Shown here: positions 50,466 through 60,396 of the stretch, piece by piece
Numbering within the stretch: the stretch's first letter is position 1
Layout of the letters: each line of letters opens with the position of its first letter
Assembly: GCA_938002255.1 (NCBI GenBank)
Contig: CALLAL010000034.1
Span: 32,674 to 96,673, forward strand
Origin: an uncultured bacterium
GTDB taxonomy: Bacteria; Desulfobacterota; BSN033; UBA1163
DNA length: 64,000 nucleotides
Reading direction: 5' to 3'
Made by a program: the position numbers and the translations under genes
Notes under the pieces: model-generated
Database searches by the model: none
What the model was told of the DNA's origin: nothing
The model's input: only the letters and a program-made list of their open reading frames with translations

Positions 50466-50975
50466 CTACCCTTTCTCTTCAATGACCATCTTGACGTTTT
50501 TACGATTAGCCAGACTCTCCTGCTCAATCTTTTTCTGGAGTTTCATGAGCGCCGTTAAGAGCGCCTCTGGCCTCGGCGGACAACCGGGTACGTAAACATC
50601 TACAGGGATCATTTGATCGACACCCTGAACCACATTGTAGGTCTTAAAAATACCACCAGAGCATGCACAAGCCCCGTAAGCAATCACCCATTTAGGCTCA
50701 GGCATCTGCTCATAAATCCGTTTCACCATGGGAGCCATTTTTTTGGTTAGCGTCCCTGCCACGATCATGAGATCTGCTTGCCTTGGAGAAGGTCTGAAAA
50801 CCTCTGATCCGAATCTTGAAATATCCCATGTTGCAGAACTGGTCACAATCATCTCCAGGGCACAACAGGCAAGACCAAAGGTAACCGGCCAGATCGAATA
50901 CTTCCGACCCCAATTGACCACTTTATCGAGGACGGGCATCAAGGGGGTTTTTTCCAGATAAGTTTCTATTCCCAT
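50466..50975 (-). CDS. nuoB: NADH-quinone oxidoreductase subunit B
   Basis: [25 protein letters not shown]. Confidence 0.95.
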   Translation of the reverse strand: MGIETYLEKTPLMPVLDKVVNWGRKYSIWPVTFGLACCALEMIVTSSATWDISRFGSEVFRPSPRQADLMIVAGTLTKKMAPMVKRIYEQMPEPKWVIAYGACACSGGIFKTYNVVQGVDQMIPVDVYVPGCPPRPEALLTALMKLQKKIEQESLANRKNVKMVIEEKG

Positions 50976-51322
50976 TCCAGTGCTCCTTTTTTCCATATAT
51001 AGATATATGCGATGATCAAAATGGCCAAAAAAATCGCCATAGAAATAAATCCGAACATCTTTAATTCTTTAAAAATCACTGCCCAGGGATAGAGGAAGAC
51101 AACTTCGATGTCAAAGAGAAGGAATAACATGGCGATGATGTAATATTTGATAGGAACTCTCCGAAATGAAGACCCATAAGTGTTCATACCGCATTCATAA
51201 GGCGCTTCTTTTAAGCGGGTAGGTTTTCTCTGGCCGAGGAGGTGAGAAGCCAGGATCGCAAAACATGCAAAGAAGATGGCGATGGCCACATAGAAAAGGA
51301 TGGGAAGATAATCGATCAGCAT
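50966..51322 (-). CDS. nuoA: NADH-quinone oxidoreductase subunit A
   Basis: [24 protein letters not shown]. Confidence 0.95.
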   Translation of the reverse strand: MLIDYLPILFYVAIAIFFACFAILASHLLGQRKPTRLKEAPYECGMNTYGSSFRRVPIKYYIIAMLFLLFDIEVVFLYPWAVIFKELKMFGFISMAIFLAILIIAYIYIWKKGALEWE

Positions 51323-51332
51323 TATACCCCCC

Positions 51333-51389
51333 TTGTGAAAAGTTTCTTCATTCGTGCTAAAACCTACAAGATTGAACCCTTTTTGTCAA
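51333..51389 (-). promoter_or_regulatory. nuo promoter with Rex-like operator
   Basis: Minus strand TTGACA-17 bp-TAGGTT at 51361-51389; TTGTGAA-AAGT-TTCTTCA at 51333-51350. Confidence 0.5.
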
Positions 51390-51574
51390 GAAAAAATTTG
51401 AAACTTAAGAACATGACTATCAATCGTTATACTATGAATAATATATTGATATGATTAGTTATTTTGTTTTTTATTACATTTGACAATTGAATCAAACCTC
51501 CATATACGTGAAACAAATAACATCTTATCTCTTGAAGTGTTTACGTAAAGATAATTTTCTATCATTTTTAAAAC

Positions 51575-54241
51575 TTAACACTTCTCGACCCTAACAACTG
51601 ATACTTTTAAGTCAGGGATTTTCGATTCAGGATCGAGTACTGTATTGGTGACGAGATTTACAGGGGTCTCTGCAAAGTGAAATTTTGCAAAAATCACTCC
51701 CCGCGAAACTTTTTCCGTTACTTTCACCCTGGAAGTAAATTCACCTCTTCTACCAATCACTTTGATCTGATCTCCTTCTTTGATTCCAAGCTTCTCTGCA
51801 TCGGAGGGATTTATTTCTACTAAGCTTTCCGGACACATTTGATTAAGAAGTTTCACTTTTCTGGTCATGGAGCCGGCGTGATAATGGTAATAATCTCTTC
51901 CTGTACTCATAATAAACGGAAAATCTTTGTCAGGAACCTCTGGAGGAGGCGTATGGTCTACTGGAACAAACAGCCCTTTTCCCCTTACAATCCTTCCTTT
52001 GTGAAGAAAAGGGGTGCCCGGATGGGTTGTATCAGGACAAGGCCATTGAAGACCTCCGGACTCAAGCCGTGCATAAGTAATTCCTGCATATTGGGGAGTG
52101 ACTTTTCGGATCTCTTCGAAGATCTCTTCTGGATCTTGATAATCCATTGGATATCCGAATCGTGAAGAGAGTTCACAGAGAATCTCCCAGTCCGCGCGAG
52201 CACCTTTAGGTCCACCAATCACCTTTCTAACCCTCTGAACCATCCTCTCGGTATTGACAAAAGTTCCATCCTTCTCAAGAAAGCTGCGTGAGGGAAGGAC
52301 AACATGGGCCAACTTGCCTGTTTCAGTCAGGAAGATATCCTGAACCACCAGAAGTTCTAATTTGCCATAGGCTTTTTTAAGATGCGAAAGGTTTGGATCA
52401 GTGACCATGGGATTTTCTCCCATAATATAGAGTGCTTTAATCTTTCCTTCATAAGCCGCCTCGCCCATTTCGACAACCGTCAATCCTGGTTTATCGGAGA
52501 GGGGAACTCCCCATGCACTCTCAAATTTATCTTTAAACTCTTTTATAGCGACTCCTTGATATCCTGGGTAGACCGTCGGCAGGCAACCCATGTCGCAGGC
52601 TCCTTGCACATTGTTCTGTCCTCTCAAGGGATTGACACCGCTTCCGGGTTTTCCTATCTGACCGCAGAGTAGCGCAAGGTTGGAGATTGCCTTGACTGCA
52701 TCCGTTCCTTTGGAGTGTTGGGTGATACCCATACAGTAAAGGATGGCTGCGTTTTTAGCTGTGGCATATGTCCTTGCTGCATGGATCAGCCGATCTTTGG
52801 GAATTCCTGTGATTTCTTCAACAACCTCTGGCGTGTAATGGGAAACTTTCTCCCTTAAGGCTTCAAATCCTTCTGTATGCTGTTCGATAAAAGGTTTGTT
52901 GTAGAGTTTCTCCTGGATGATGATATGAGCCAGTCCGTTTAACCAAGCAATATCGTCTCCGGGTTTGGGTTGAAGATGGAGGCAAGCCTCTTCGACCAAA
53001 TCAATCTTTCTTGGATCGACCACAATGATTTTGGCTCCATTGAAGCGTGCACGATGTCTCAAGAGCATCCCAATGACAGGATGCGTTTCCGTTGTATTGG
53101 ACCCAGTCACCAGGTAGAGGTCTGCTTTCTTTAGATCTGCAAACGAATTGGTCATGGCTCCAGAACCGAGGGTGGTGGCCAGACCGACCACCGTGCTGGA
53201 GTGTCAGAGACGGGCGCAATGATCAATATTGTTTGTCCCGATTGCTGCACGGATGAATTTTTGGAAGAGATAATTCTCCTCGCAAGTGGCTCTTGCGGAG
53301 GCGAGACCTGCAATGCTATCCGGTCCGTCTTTCTCTTTGATCTCCTTTAATTTGGCTGTCATATAGGTAAGGGCTTCATCCCAGCTTGCTTCTCGAAACC
53401 CACCATTTTCCCGGATGAGAGGTGTGTTCAGCCTCTCAGGGCTCTGAACAAATTCAAAACCAAACCTCCCCTTCACACAGAGGGTTCCATGGTTGGTCCC
53501 TAATCCTTCTCGTGTGGTGACCTTAATAAGCTTATCGCGAACAACATTGACTTCCAGAGAACAGCCGACTCCGCAATATCCACATACAGTGGTCACCCGT
53601 TTCGCCTGCCATTTCCTTCCTTTGAGGGAGCTCACATTTTCGGTGAGGGCTCCCACAGGACATGCGGCAAGACATTCCCCGCAGGAGATGCATCTCTCTG
53701 GTCTGACGGCTTCGACCCTTGCACGAAAACCGGTTTCGATCAGATCAAGAACCTCCCTGCCAGCAATCTCTCTGCAGGCCCGAATGCAGCGGCTGCAGAG
53801 AATGCATCGATTGGGATGATACTTGATCGCAGAGGTAGAATAGGTTCGATATTCTTTCGGTTTGATTTCGACTTGGTATTCCGCTTTTTCAATTCCATAT
53901 TCATAGACATAATCCTGGAGATCACATTCTCCTCCCTTGTCACACACCGGACAATCAAGAGGATGGTTCACTAACATGAATTTCAGCACTTCTTTTCTAA
54001 TCTCCCGAATCTTTGGAGTATCGGTCTCGATCACCATGCCATCCACGGCTGGCGTGTTGCAGGCGGTGACAGGATTCTGAAGGCCATTGACTTCAACGAC
54101 ACACATCCTGCAAAAGCCTGTTGGAATGAGGCTCTCCATGTGGCACAGCGTGGGGATGCGGAATCCATTTTCTTTGGCAATCTTTAAAATGGTAGCACCT
54201 TCGGCGGTCTCAATAGCTCTGCCATTGATGGTGATTCTCAT
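51575..54241 (-). CDS. fdhA: Selenocysteine-containing formate dehydrogenase alpha subunit (~888 aa)
   Basis: Two track ORFs joined in frame at TGA 53204-53206: NIDHCARL-U-HSSTV. N-terminal 2Fe-2S and HPLDCPVC clusters, CGYCGVGC, LRGQNNVQG; no Tat signal. Confidence 0.92.
53176..53203 (-). promoter_or_regulatory. SECIS element of fdhA
   Basis: GGUGGUC-GGUCU-GGCCACC hairpin about 11 nt after the UGA. Confidence 0.8.
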
Positions 54242-54320
54242 CGTGATCCTCTCCTTTTAAAAATTGGACAATTCCTCTTAAAAAATATTCTTGTGAAGCT
54301 CGCCATATTGGATTTTAACT

Positions 54321-54375
54321 TTGTGAAATATTTAATTAGCCACTAATCAATAGAACAACCTATTTAATTTGTCAA
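54321..54375 (-). promoter_or_regulatory. fdhA promoter with Rex-like site
   Basis: Minus strand TTGACA at 54370-54375 with a weak -10; TTGTGAA-ATAT-TTAATTA at 54321-54338. Confidence 0.4.
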
Positions 54376-54395
54376 GTAAAAAAAAGGGGGGCTGT

Positions 54396-54625
54396 GTAAC
54401 CCCTCAGTTAAAGAAATAAAAAAGGGGTGGGAGGTTGCTTCGGAAAAACCTTGAAGCGCGAAACCTCTGTTCGTTAAAACGACCCAATCTGATTCAAAAA
54501 AATCCGATTCAAAGGGCATGAGGGCCCTGATGGGGGTAACCCCTTTTATAACCGCTATTCAAGGTTTTGGAGGAGGAACGTTCCAACCCTTTTAAACCGA
54601 AAACACCCCATCACTGAGGGATTAC
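54396..54625 (+). mobile_element. Structured repeat element copy 2 (MITE-like or ncRNA)
   Basis: Ends GTAACCCCTCAGT...ACTGAGGGATTAC; flanks GGGGGCTGT/GGGAGCTGT; homologous to 13618-13839. Confidence 0.7.
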
Positions 54626-54864
54626 GGGAGCTGTGTAAAAAATCCGAAAATCTTTTTTGATTTAAATGAAAAAGAGGTAATGGATTTAAAACATATTGAA
54701 AATAAAAGATAATTGTAAAATTATGTTTAATTTTTTCCCCATCGGGAAACTAAACAAAAAGAGGGTTCTTAAAACGTTTTATGAAAAACTTGACAGACAC
54801 CAGTCGTTTTGAATATTCTACTCTTTCAAGCTTTAAGGGATTTCTTCTGGAAAAGAATTTAAAT

Positions 54865-55704
54865 ATGAGATTTGGTTTTCATATTTCTATTGCCGGAGGG
54901 TTTTCCAAGATCCTGGAAAGGGCAAACATTCGGGAATGTGAGACGATTCAATTCTTCTCCAGGAACCCGAGAGGATGGAGGTATGATCCTCTGGACCAAA
55001 ATGAAGTGAAGAGCTTTCGAAAGGCTATTCAAGCCTCCATTCTCTCCCCCGTCTTCCTTCATCTCCCTTACCTCCCAAACCTCGCCTCAAAGAAGTCAAA
55101 ATTTTATCGCCCTTCTATCGACTCCGTTGTGATTGATCTCGAAAGGGCTGAGCAGTTAGGGGTTCCATATCTGATTAGTCATATCGGTCATCGCCTGGAT
55201 TCTTCCGAAGAGGAAGCGATCGAGGCTGTCATAGAGGCCATCAATCAGGCATTCGATCGAGTAAGAAACACCATCATCCTCCTGCTTGAAAACACGGCCG
55301 GTCAGGGATCAGAAATTGGTTATGAGTTTAGTCAAATTAAAAAAATCATCAAAGGGATTGATGCAAAGGAGAGGATAGGAATCTGTCTTGACGTTGCTCA
55401 TGCCTTTGAAGCGGGATATGATCTTTCGAACCAAGAAGGAATTGATCGAACTCTCGAATCATTTGATCAAATGGTCGGCTTGAGGAAACTCCACCTTCTT
55501 CACCTCAATGATTCCAAAACTCCTCTGGGCTCAAGAAAGGATAGGCATTGGCACATTGGTGAGGGTTATATAGGTCTGGAGGGATTCCGATATTTAATCA
55601 ACCATCCGCAATTAACACACCTTCCTGGCATTATGGAGACTCCAAGAAATGATACGGTGGAAGATTTGAAGAATATGAAAGTGATCCGTAGCCTGCTGGA
55701 GTAA
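54865..55704 (+). CDS. nfo: Endonuclease IV
   Basis: GFHISIAGG, HLPYLPNL, LENTAGQG, CLDVAH, HLNDSK, DRHWHIG, MET. Confidence 0.93.
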   Translation: MRFGFHISIAGGFSKILERANIRECETIQFFSRNPRGWRYDPLDQNEVKSFRKAIQASILSPVFLHLPYLPNLASKKSKFYRPSIDSVVIDLERAEQLGVPYLISHIGHRLDSSEEEAIEAVIEAINQAFDRVRNTIILLLENTAGQGSEIGYEFSQIKKIIKGIDAKERIGICLDVAHAFEAGYDLSNQEGIDRTLESFDQMVGLRKLHLLHLNDSKTPLGSRKDRHWHIGEGYIGLEGFRYLINHPQLTHLPGIMETPRNDTVEDLKNMKVIRSLLE

Positions 55705-55711
55705 TTGAAAA

Positions 55712-57253
55712 TTGTCCATCCTCTTCTTGATTCATCCTCCGATTTCCAAACCGAGCGAACCTCCAGCAGGGATTGCAAAATTATCCGGGCTCCTCCACCC
55801 ATATGAATTAAAACCAAGAGTACTTGACGCCAATATCGAAGGTCTCTTAAATTTATTGACATCCTCTCCTTCCGCTTCGGATACCTGGACCCTCCGAGCC
55901 CTTTGCCATCTTCCAAAACATCTCGATTCATTGAGGGGTTGGATCGCTTATAAAAACCAGGACCATTATCGGCGGACCATCCTGGATCTAAACCGACTTC
56001 TTGCGATGACCACACACCCATATAGAGTGCGACTGAGTCTGGTGAATTACGAACATAACGTTCTCTCTCCTGTAAGAAGCCAGGATCTGATCAGGGTCGC
56101 TGAGCGTCCTGAGGAAAATCCCTTCTATCCTTACTTTAAGGAACGGCTCACCAAACTGATTGAAAAAGAGTCACCCCCCTTGGTCGGTTTTTCGCTCAAC
56201 TACTTAAGTCAGGCTCTCTGCACCTTCGCCATGGTCGGTTTCCTGAAGCGTGAATGGCCAGAGATCAAATTGGTCCTGGGAGGAGGGCTAGTCACTTCAT
56301 GGATGAGAAGACCTCACTGGCAAAATCCCTTTGAAAGTTTAGTGGATCATCTTGTAGATGGACCAGGAGAGGTCCCTTTGCTCAGGCTGACAGGGATAGA
56401 GAAAGTAGCAAATATCATCTATCCGCCCGTTTATGATTCCTTTCCTCTGAAAGATTACTTTGCTCCTGGCTTTATTCTTCCCTATAGTGCCTCCAGAGGA
56501 TGCTACTGGAATCAATGCTCATTCTGCCCTGAACGGGCCGAAGGCAATGCTTATCACGCCTTGACTCCAAACCTGATCATTCAGGACCTTTCTCAACTTA
56601 TATTAAAACATCAACCGGTTCTCATCCATTTACTGGACAATGCTCTCCCTCCGTCCTTGATGCAAGCCATGATCAAACATCCTTTGGGAGTCCCATGGTA
56701 TGGCTTTGCAAGATTCACCTCCCACCTCACCGATCCGGATTTCTGTCTTGCTTTAAGGCAATCCGGATGCGTAATGTTAAAACTGGGGCTGGAGTCAGGA
56801 GACCAGAAAGTGCTCGACGCTCTTCAAAAGGGGATTGATCTTAAAGAAGCTTCCCTTGCTTTAAGAAATCTAAAGAGGGCAGGAATTGCAACCTATCTCT
56901 ATCTCCTGTTTGGGACTCCTCCGGAAGGACAGAAGGAAGCGAGAAAAACGCTTCAGTTTGTGGTAAGGCATCAGGAGTGCATCGATTTCCTGAACCTTGC
57001 CATTTTCAACATGCCGGTCTATGGACCGGAAACCCATCAGATCGAGACAGAACCCTTTTATGAAGGAGACCTCTCCCTTTATACCGGCTTTCATCATCCC
57101 AAAGGCTGGAGCCGACCCTTGGTCCGACAATTTCTGGACAAGGAATTGAAAAGGCATCCTGCCATTTCACCGATTGTGCGAAGAACTCCTCCAGCCTTCA
57201 CCTCTAACCACGCCCCCTTCTTTGCTAGGGATGAAGGTTTTTGGTTAAAATAG
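55712..57253 (+). CDS. Radical SAM protein with B12-binding-like N-terminal region
   Basis: HPP...P, SRGCYWNQCSFC, GLESGDQKVL, YLLFGTP. Confidence 0.82.
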   Translation: MSILFLIHPPISKPSEPPAGIAKLSGLLHPYELKPRVLDANIEGLLNLLTSSPSASDTWTLRALCHLPKHLDSLRGWIAYKNQDHYRRTILDLNRLLAMTTHPYRVRLSLVNYEHNVLSPVRSQDLIRVAERPEENPFYPYFKERLTKLIEKESPPLVGFSLNYLSQALCTFAMVGFLKREWPEIKLVLGGGLVTSWMRRPHWQNPFESLVDHLVDGPGEVPLLRLTGIEKVANIIYPPVYDSFPLKDYFAPGFILPYSASRGCYWNQCSFCPERAEGNAYHALTPNLIIQDLSQLILKHQPVLIHLLDNALPPSLMQAMIKHPLGVPWYGFARFTSHLTDPDFCLALRQSGCVMLKLGLESGDQKVLDALQKGIDLKEASLALRNLKRAGIATYLYLLFGTPPEGQKEARKTLQFVVRHQECIDFLNLAIFNMPVYGPETHQIETEPFYEGDLSLYTGFHHPKGWSRPLVRQFLDKELKRHPAISPIVRRTPPAFTSNHAPFFARDEGFWLK

Positions 57254-57348
57254 ATTTGAATGAACAGAGATCGTTCCCAAAAGGCTTCTCAATGGGATCA
57301 ACCCATTTCCATGCTGACAAAGAATCAATATTTCCAAAGTGATCTCTC

Positions 57349-59148
57349 ATGAAACATATCCGGAATTTCAGCATCATTGCCCATATTGATCATGGGAAAT
57401 CGACCCTGGCGGATCGGCTCATTCAATATACGGGCATGGTGGATGAGCGAAATTTTAAAGACCAGATCCTGGATACAATGGAGATCGAACGAGAGCGCGG
57501 AATCACCATCAAGAGCCAGGCGATTTCCCTTCCCTATCAAGCTCAGGATGGAGAGGACTATCTTCTCAATCTCATCGACACGCCCGGTCATGTGGACTTC
57601 TCGTATGAAGTCTCTCGTGCTCTTGCCTCTTGTGAGGGCGTCCTCCTTTTAATCGATGCGGCCCAGGGCGTGCAGGCTCAAACCCTTGCAAACCTCTATC
57701 TGGCGATGGAAAACAACCTTGAAATCATCCCGGTCATCAATAAAATCGATCTTCCTACCGCAGATGTGGATCGGGTGCTCGAACAGATCGATTCGGAATT
57801 AGGGCTTGACCCCTTCAGCGCCCTTAAATGTTCGGCCAAGGAAGGTATAGGGATTGAAGAGATCATAGAAGCCATTGTCTGTAGAATTCCTCCCCCAAAA
57901 GGCAAACCAGATTCACCGCTGGCCGCATTGATTTTTGATGCCCAATACGATCCCTTTCGAGGTACGGTCATCCATTGCCGGCTCTTCGATGGAACGGTAA
58001 AAGCTGGAGAGATCATCCGCTTTATGTCGAATCAGGCGGTCTATAAGGTTGAAGAGGTTGGACGATTTCTCCTCACCCGACAAAAACGGGACCGTCTCTC
58101 TGCGGGTGAGGTCGGCTATATCTTGGCAGGGGTTAAGACCGTTTCCGATGTCCATATCGGCGATACGATCACACTCGACGATCAGCCCTGCGATGCCCCC
58201 CTTCCCGGTTTCAAGGAATTTAAGCCCGTCGTCTTCTCATCCATTTATCCCATTGCTCCGGAAGATTATGAGGACCTTGCGGTTGCCCTTGAAAAGTATA
58301 AACTCAATGATGCGGCTTTTGTCTATCAGAAAGATTCATCCATTGCCCTTGGGCAGGGATTCCGGTGCGGTTTTTTAGGCCTTCTCCATCTTGAAATTGT
58401 TCAGGAAAGATTGGAACGGGAATATGATCTCTCCATCATCCTTTCTGTTCCGAGTGTTCGTTACCGATTCACCCTGAAGGATGGAAGCACCGTCTATGTT
58501 GATAACCCTGCCCACTATCCAGATCCTGGCTCCATCGAAAGAGGAGAAGAACCTTACATTCGTGCCACCCTGATCCTGCCTGAAAGATACCTGGGCGCAG
58601 TGATGAAGCTCTGTATGGAGAAGCGGGGTGAAAATTCGAAGCTGAACTATCTTGGCCCTGGAAGAGTGGAGTTGATTTATGAGATGCCTCTTGCTGAGGT
58701 GATCTATGATTTTTATAATCGGTTCAAATCGATCACTCAGGGCTACGGATCCTTTGATTATGATGTCCTCGACTACCGAGAAAGCAACCTGGTTCTGGTT
58801 GACATCCTGGTCAACGGCGAAAAGGTCGATGCTCTGTCACAAATTGTCCATCGCGATCAAGCCCGGCCCCGGGCTTTAGGGGTTTGCGAAAAACTGAAAG
58901 AAGAGATCCCCCGCCAGATGTTTAAGGTAGCGATCCAGGGCGCTATTGGCGGAGAGATCATCGCCCGCACGACCATCTCTCCTTTTCGCAAGGATGTGAC
59001 AGCAAAGTGCTATGGGGGAGACATCACCCGAAAGCGAAAACTCCTCGAAAAACAGAAGAAAGGTAAAAAACGGATGAAGATGATCGGCTCGGTCTCCATC
59101 CCCCAGAGTGCTTTCTTAGCCGTGTTGAAATCGGACACCGACAGTTAA
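57349..59148 (+). CDS. lepA: Elongation factor 4
   Basis: IRNFSIIAHIDHGKSTLADR, GFRCGFLGLLH, KCYGGDITRKRKLLEKQK. Confidence 0.96.
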   Translation: MKHIRNFSIIAHIDHGKSTLADRLIQYTGMVDERNFKDQILDTMEIERERGITIKSQAISLPYQAQDGEDYLLNLIDTPGHVDFSYEVSRALASCEGVLLLIDAAQGVQAQTLANLYLAMENNLEIIPVINKIDLPTADVDRVLEQIDSELGLDPFSALKCSAKEGIGIEEIIEAIVCRIPPPKGKPDSPLAALIFDAQYDPFRGTVIHCRLFDGTVKAGEIIRFMSNQAVYKVEEVGRFLLTRQKRDRLSAGEVGYILAGVKTVSDVHIGDTITLDDQPCDAPLPGFKEFKPVVFSSIYPIAPEDYEDLAVALEKYKLNDAAFVYQKDSSIALGQGFRCGFLGLLHLEIVQERLEREYDLSIILSVPSVRYRFTLKDGSTVYVDNPAHYPDPGSIERGEEPYIRATLILPERYLGAVMKLCMEKRGENSKLNYLGPGRVELIYEMPLAEVIYDFYNRFKSITQGYGSFDYDVLDYRESNLVLVDILVNGEKVDALSQIVHRDQARPRALGVCEKLKEEIPRQMFKVAIQGAIGGEIIARTTISPFRKDVTAKCYGGDITRKRKLLEKQKKGKKRMKMIGSVSIPQSAFLAVLKSDTDS

Positions 59149-59231
59149 ACCCATAGGGCAAAGGGCTCAGCCAACAGAGTATAGAAAAATATATTGGGTT
59201 TCAACTCCACCCAATAAACTTAAGGAACTCC

Positions 59232-60371
59232 ATGAACACCCTAAACGTTATAAAAACACCTGGCCTTTACATCCACATTCCCTTCTGCTTGAGCAAATGC
59301 CCCTATTGTGATTTCTATTCTTCCACCTCTGTCTCACTCATTCCCTATTTCTTAAATGGCCTTTTCAAGGAAATGGAAAGGCACTCCCACCGATTTAAAC
59401 GCTTTGATACAATCTACCTGGGTGGCGGAACTCCTTCCCTGCTGACTCCTAAACAATTGGAAAGTATCCTGATGGAAGTAAGAAAAAACTTTCATCTGAC
59501 TTCAACCCCTGAGATAACGATGGAGGCTAACCCGGCAGATCTCAATCCTGTCCTTCTTGAATCTATCCGTGGGATCGGAATCAATCGCCTCAATATCGGG
59601 ATCCAGTCTTTTGATGAGAGAGTGCTAAGGTTTCTTGGGAGAAGACATTCTCTGAACCAGGTCATTTCAGCCATCGAGGCGTCAAGAAAAGTAAAATTCA
59701 ATAATATAGGGTTTGATCTGATTTACGGTGTCCCCGGTCAGGAGATGGATTCATGGCTCCAAACCCTGAGGCAGGCTCTCGACTTTTCACCGGAACATCT
59801 CTCCTGCTATCAATTGACCTTCGAGCCCGAAACACCTCTGGGAAGAAGATTCCAGGCAAGAGAATTCCATGCCCCAGGGGATGATCTGACTCACCAATTT
59901 TTCATTGAGACTTCGAATGTTCTGAGCGAAGCCGGTTATATCCATTACGAGGTGTCGAACTTTGCAAGAGGAATGGAACATACTTCCAAACATAATCAAA
60001 AATACTGGGATCATTCACCCTATCTCGGTCTCGGTCCGTCGGCTCACTCCTTTGACGGGCATCAGCGATGGTGGAATCATCGTTCCCTCGCTCAATATCT
60101 CGATGAAATCCAAAGAGGAAATCTTCCCATAGAAGGAAAAGAGACCTTGACGCTGGAGCAGCTCCGGTTGGAAGCACTCTACTTCGGTTTTCGAACAAAA
60201 AAGGGAATTCATTTTGATCATTTTAAGGATCGGTATGCCTTCGATCTCTGGATGGAAAAGAAGGAAATCTTGAGAAGATTAAAAGCAGAAGGATTCCTCT
60301 TGATTCAACACGATCACCTCTCCCCTACTCCCCAGGGCTTCGCCCTATCCGATAGCCTTGCCTTGTTGTGA
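59232..60371 (+). CDS. hemW: Radical SAM heme chaperone HemW
   Basis: LYIHIPFCLSKCPYCDF, GGGTPS, HYEVSNFA, HNQKYW. Confidence 0.9.
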   Translation: MNTLNVIKTPGLYIHIPFCLSKCPYCDFYSSTSVSLIPYFLNGLFKEMERHSHRFKRFDTIYLGGGTPSLLTPKQLESILMEVRKNFHLTSTPEITMEANPADLNPVLLESIRGIGINRLNIGIQSFDERVLRFLGRRHSLNQVISAIEASRKVKFNNIGFDLIYGVPGQEMDSWLQTLRQALDFSPEHLSCYQLTFEPETPLGRRFQAREFHAPGDDLTHQFFIETSNVLSEAGYIHYEVSNFARGMEHTSKHNQKYWDHSPYLGLGPSAHSFDGHQRWWNHRSLAQYLDEIQRGNLPIEGKETLTLEQLRLEALYFGFRTKKGIHFDHFKDRYAFDLWMEKKEILRRLKAEGFLLIQHDHLSPTPQGFALSDSLALL

Positions 60372-60396
60372 AGAATCCACGGGATGATTCACAAGA

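Noticed and set aside
48800-50975. Group 4 NiFe hydrogenase / formate hydrogenlyase
   Set aside because: The large subunit lacks Ni-binding CxxC motifs and has the quinone-site GPQHP..HG; NuoB has the tandem CC of complex I.
54701-54731. dif/cer-like Xer site (GATAA-8 bp-TTATGTTTAAT)
   Set aside because: The XerC arm is poor, the spacer is 8 bp rather than 6, and the context is very AT-rich, so a chance match is likely.
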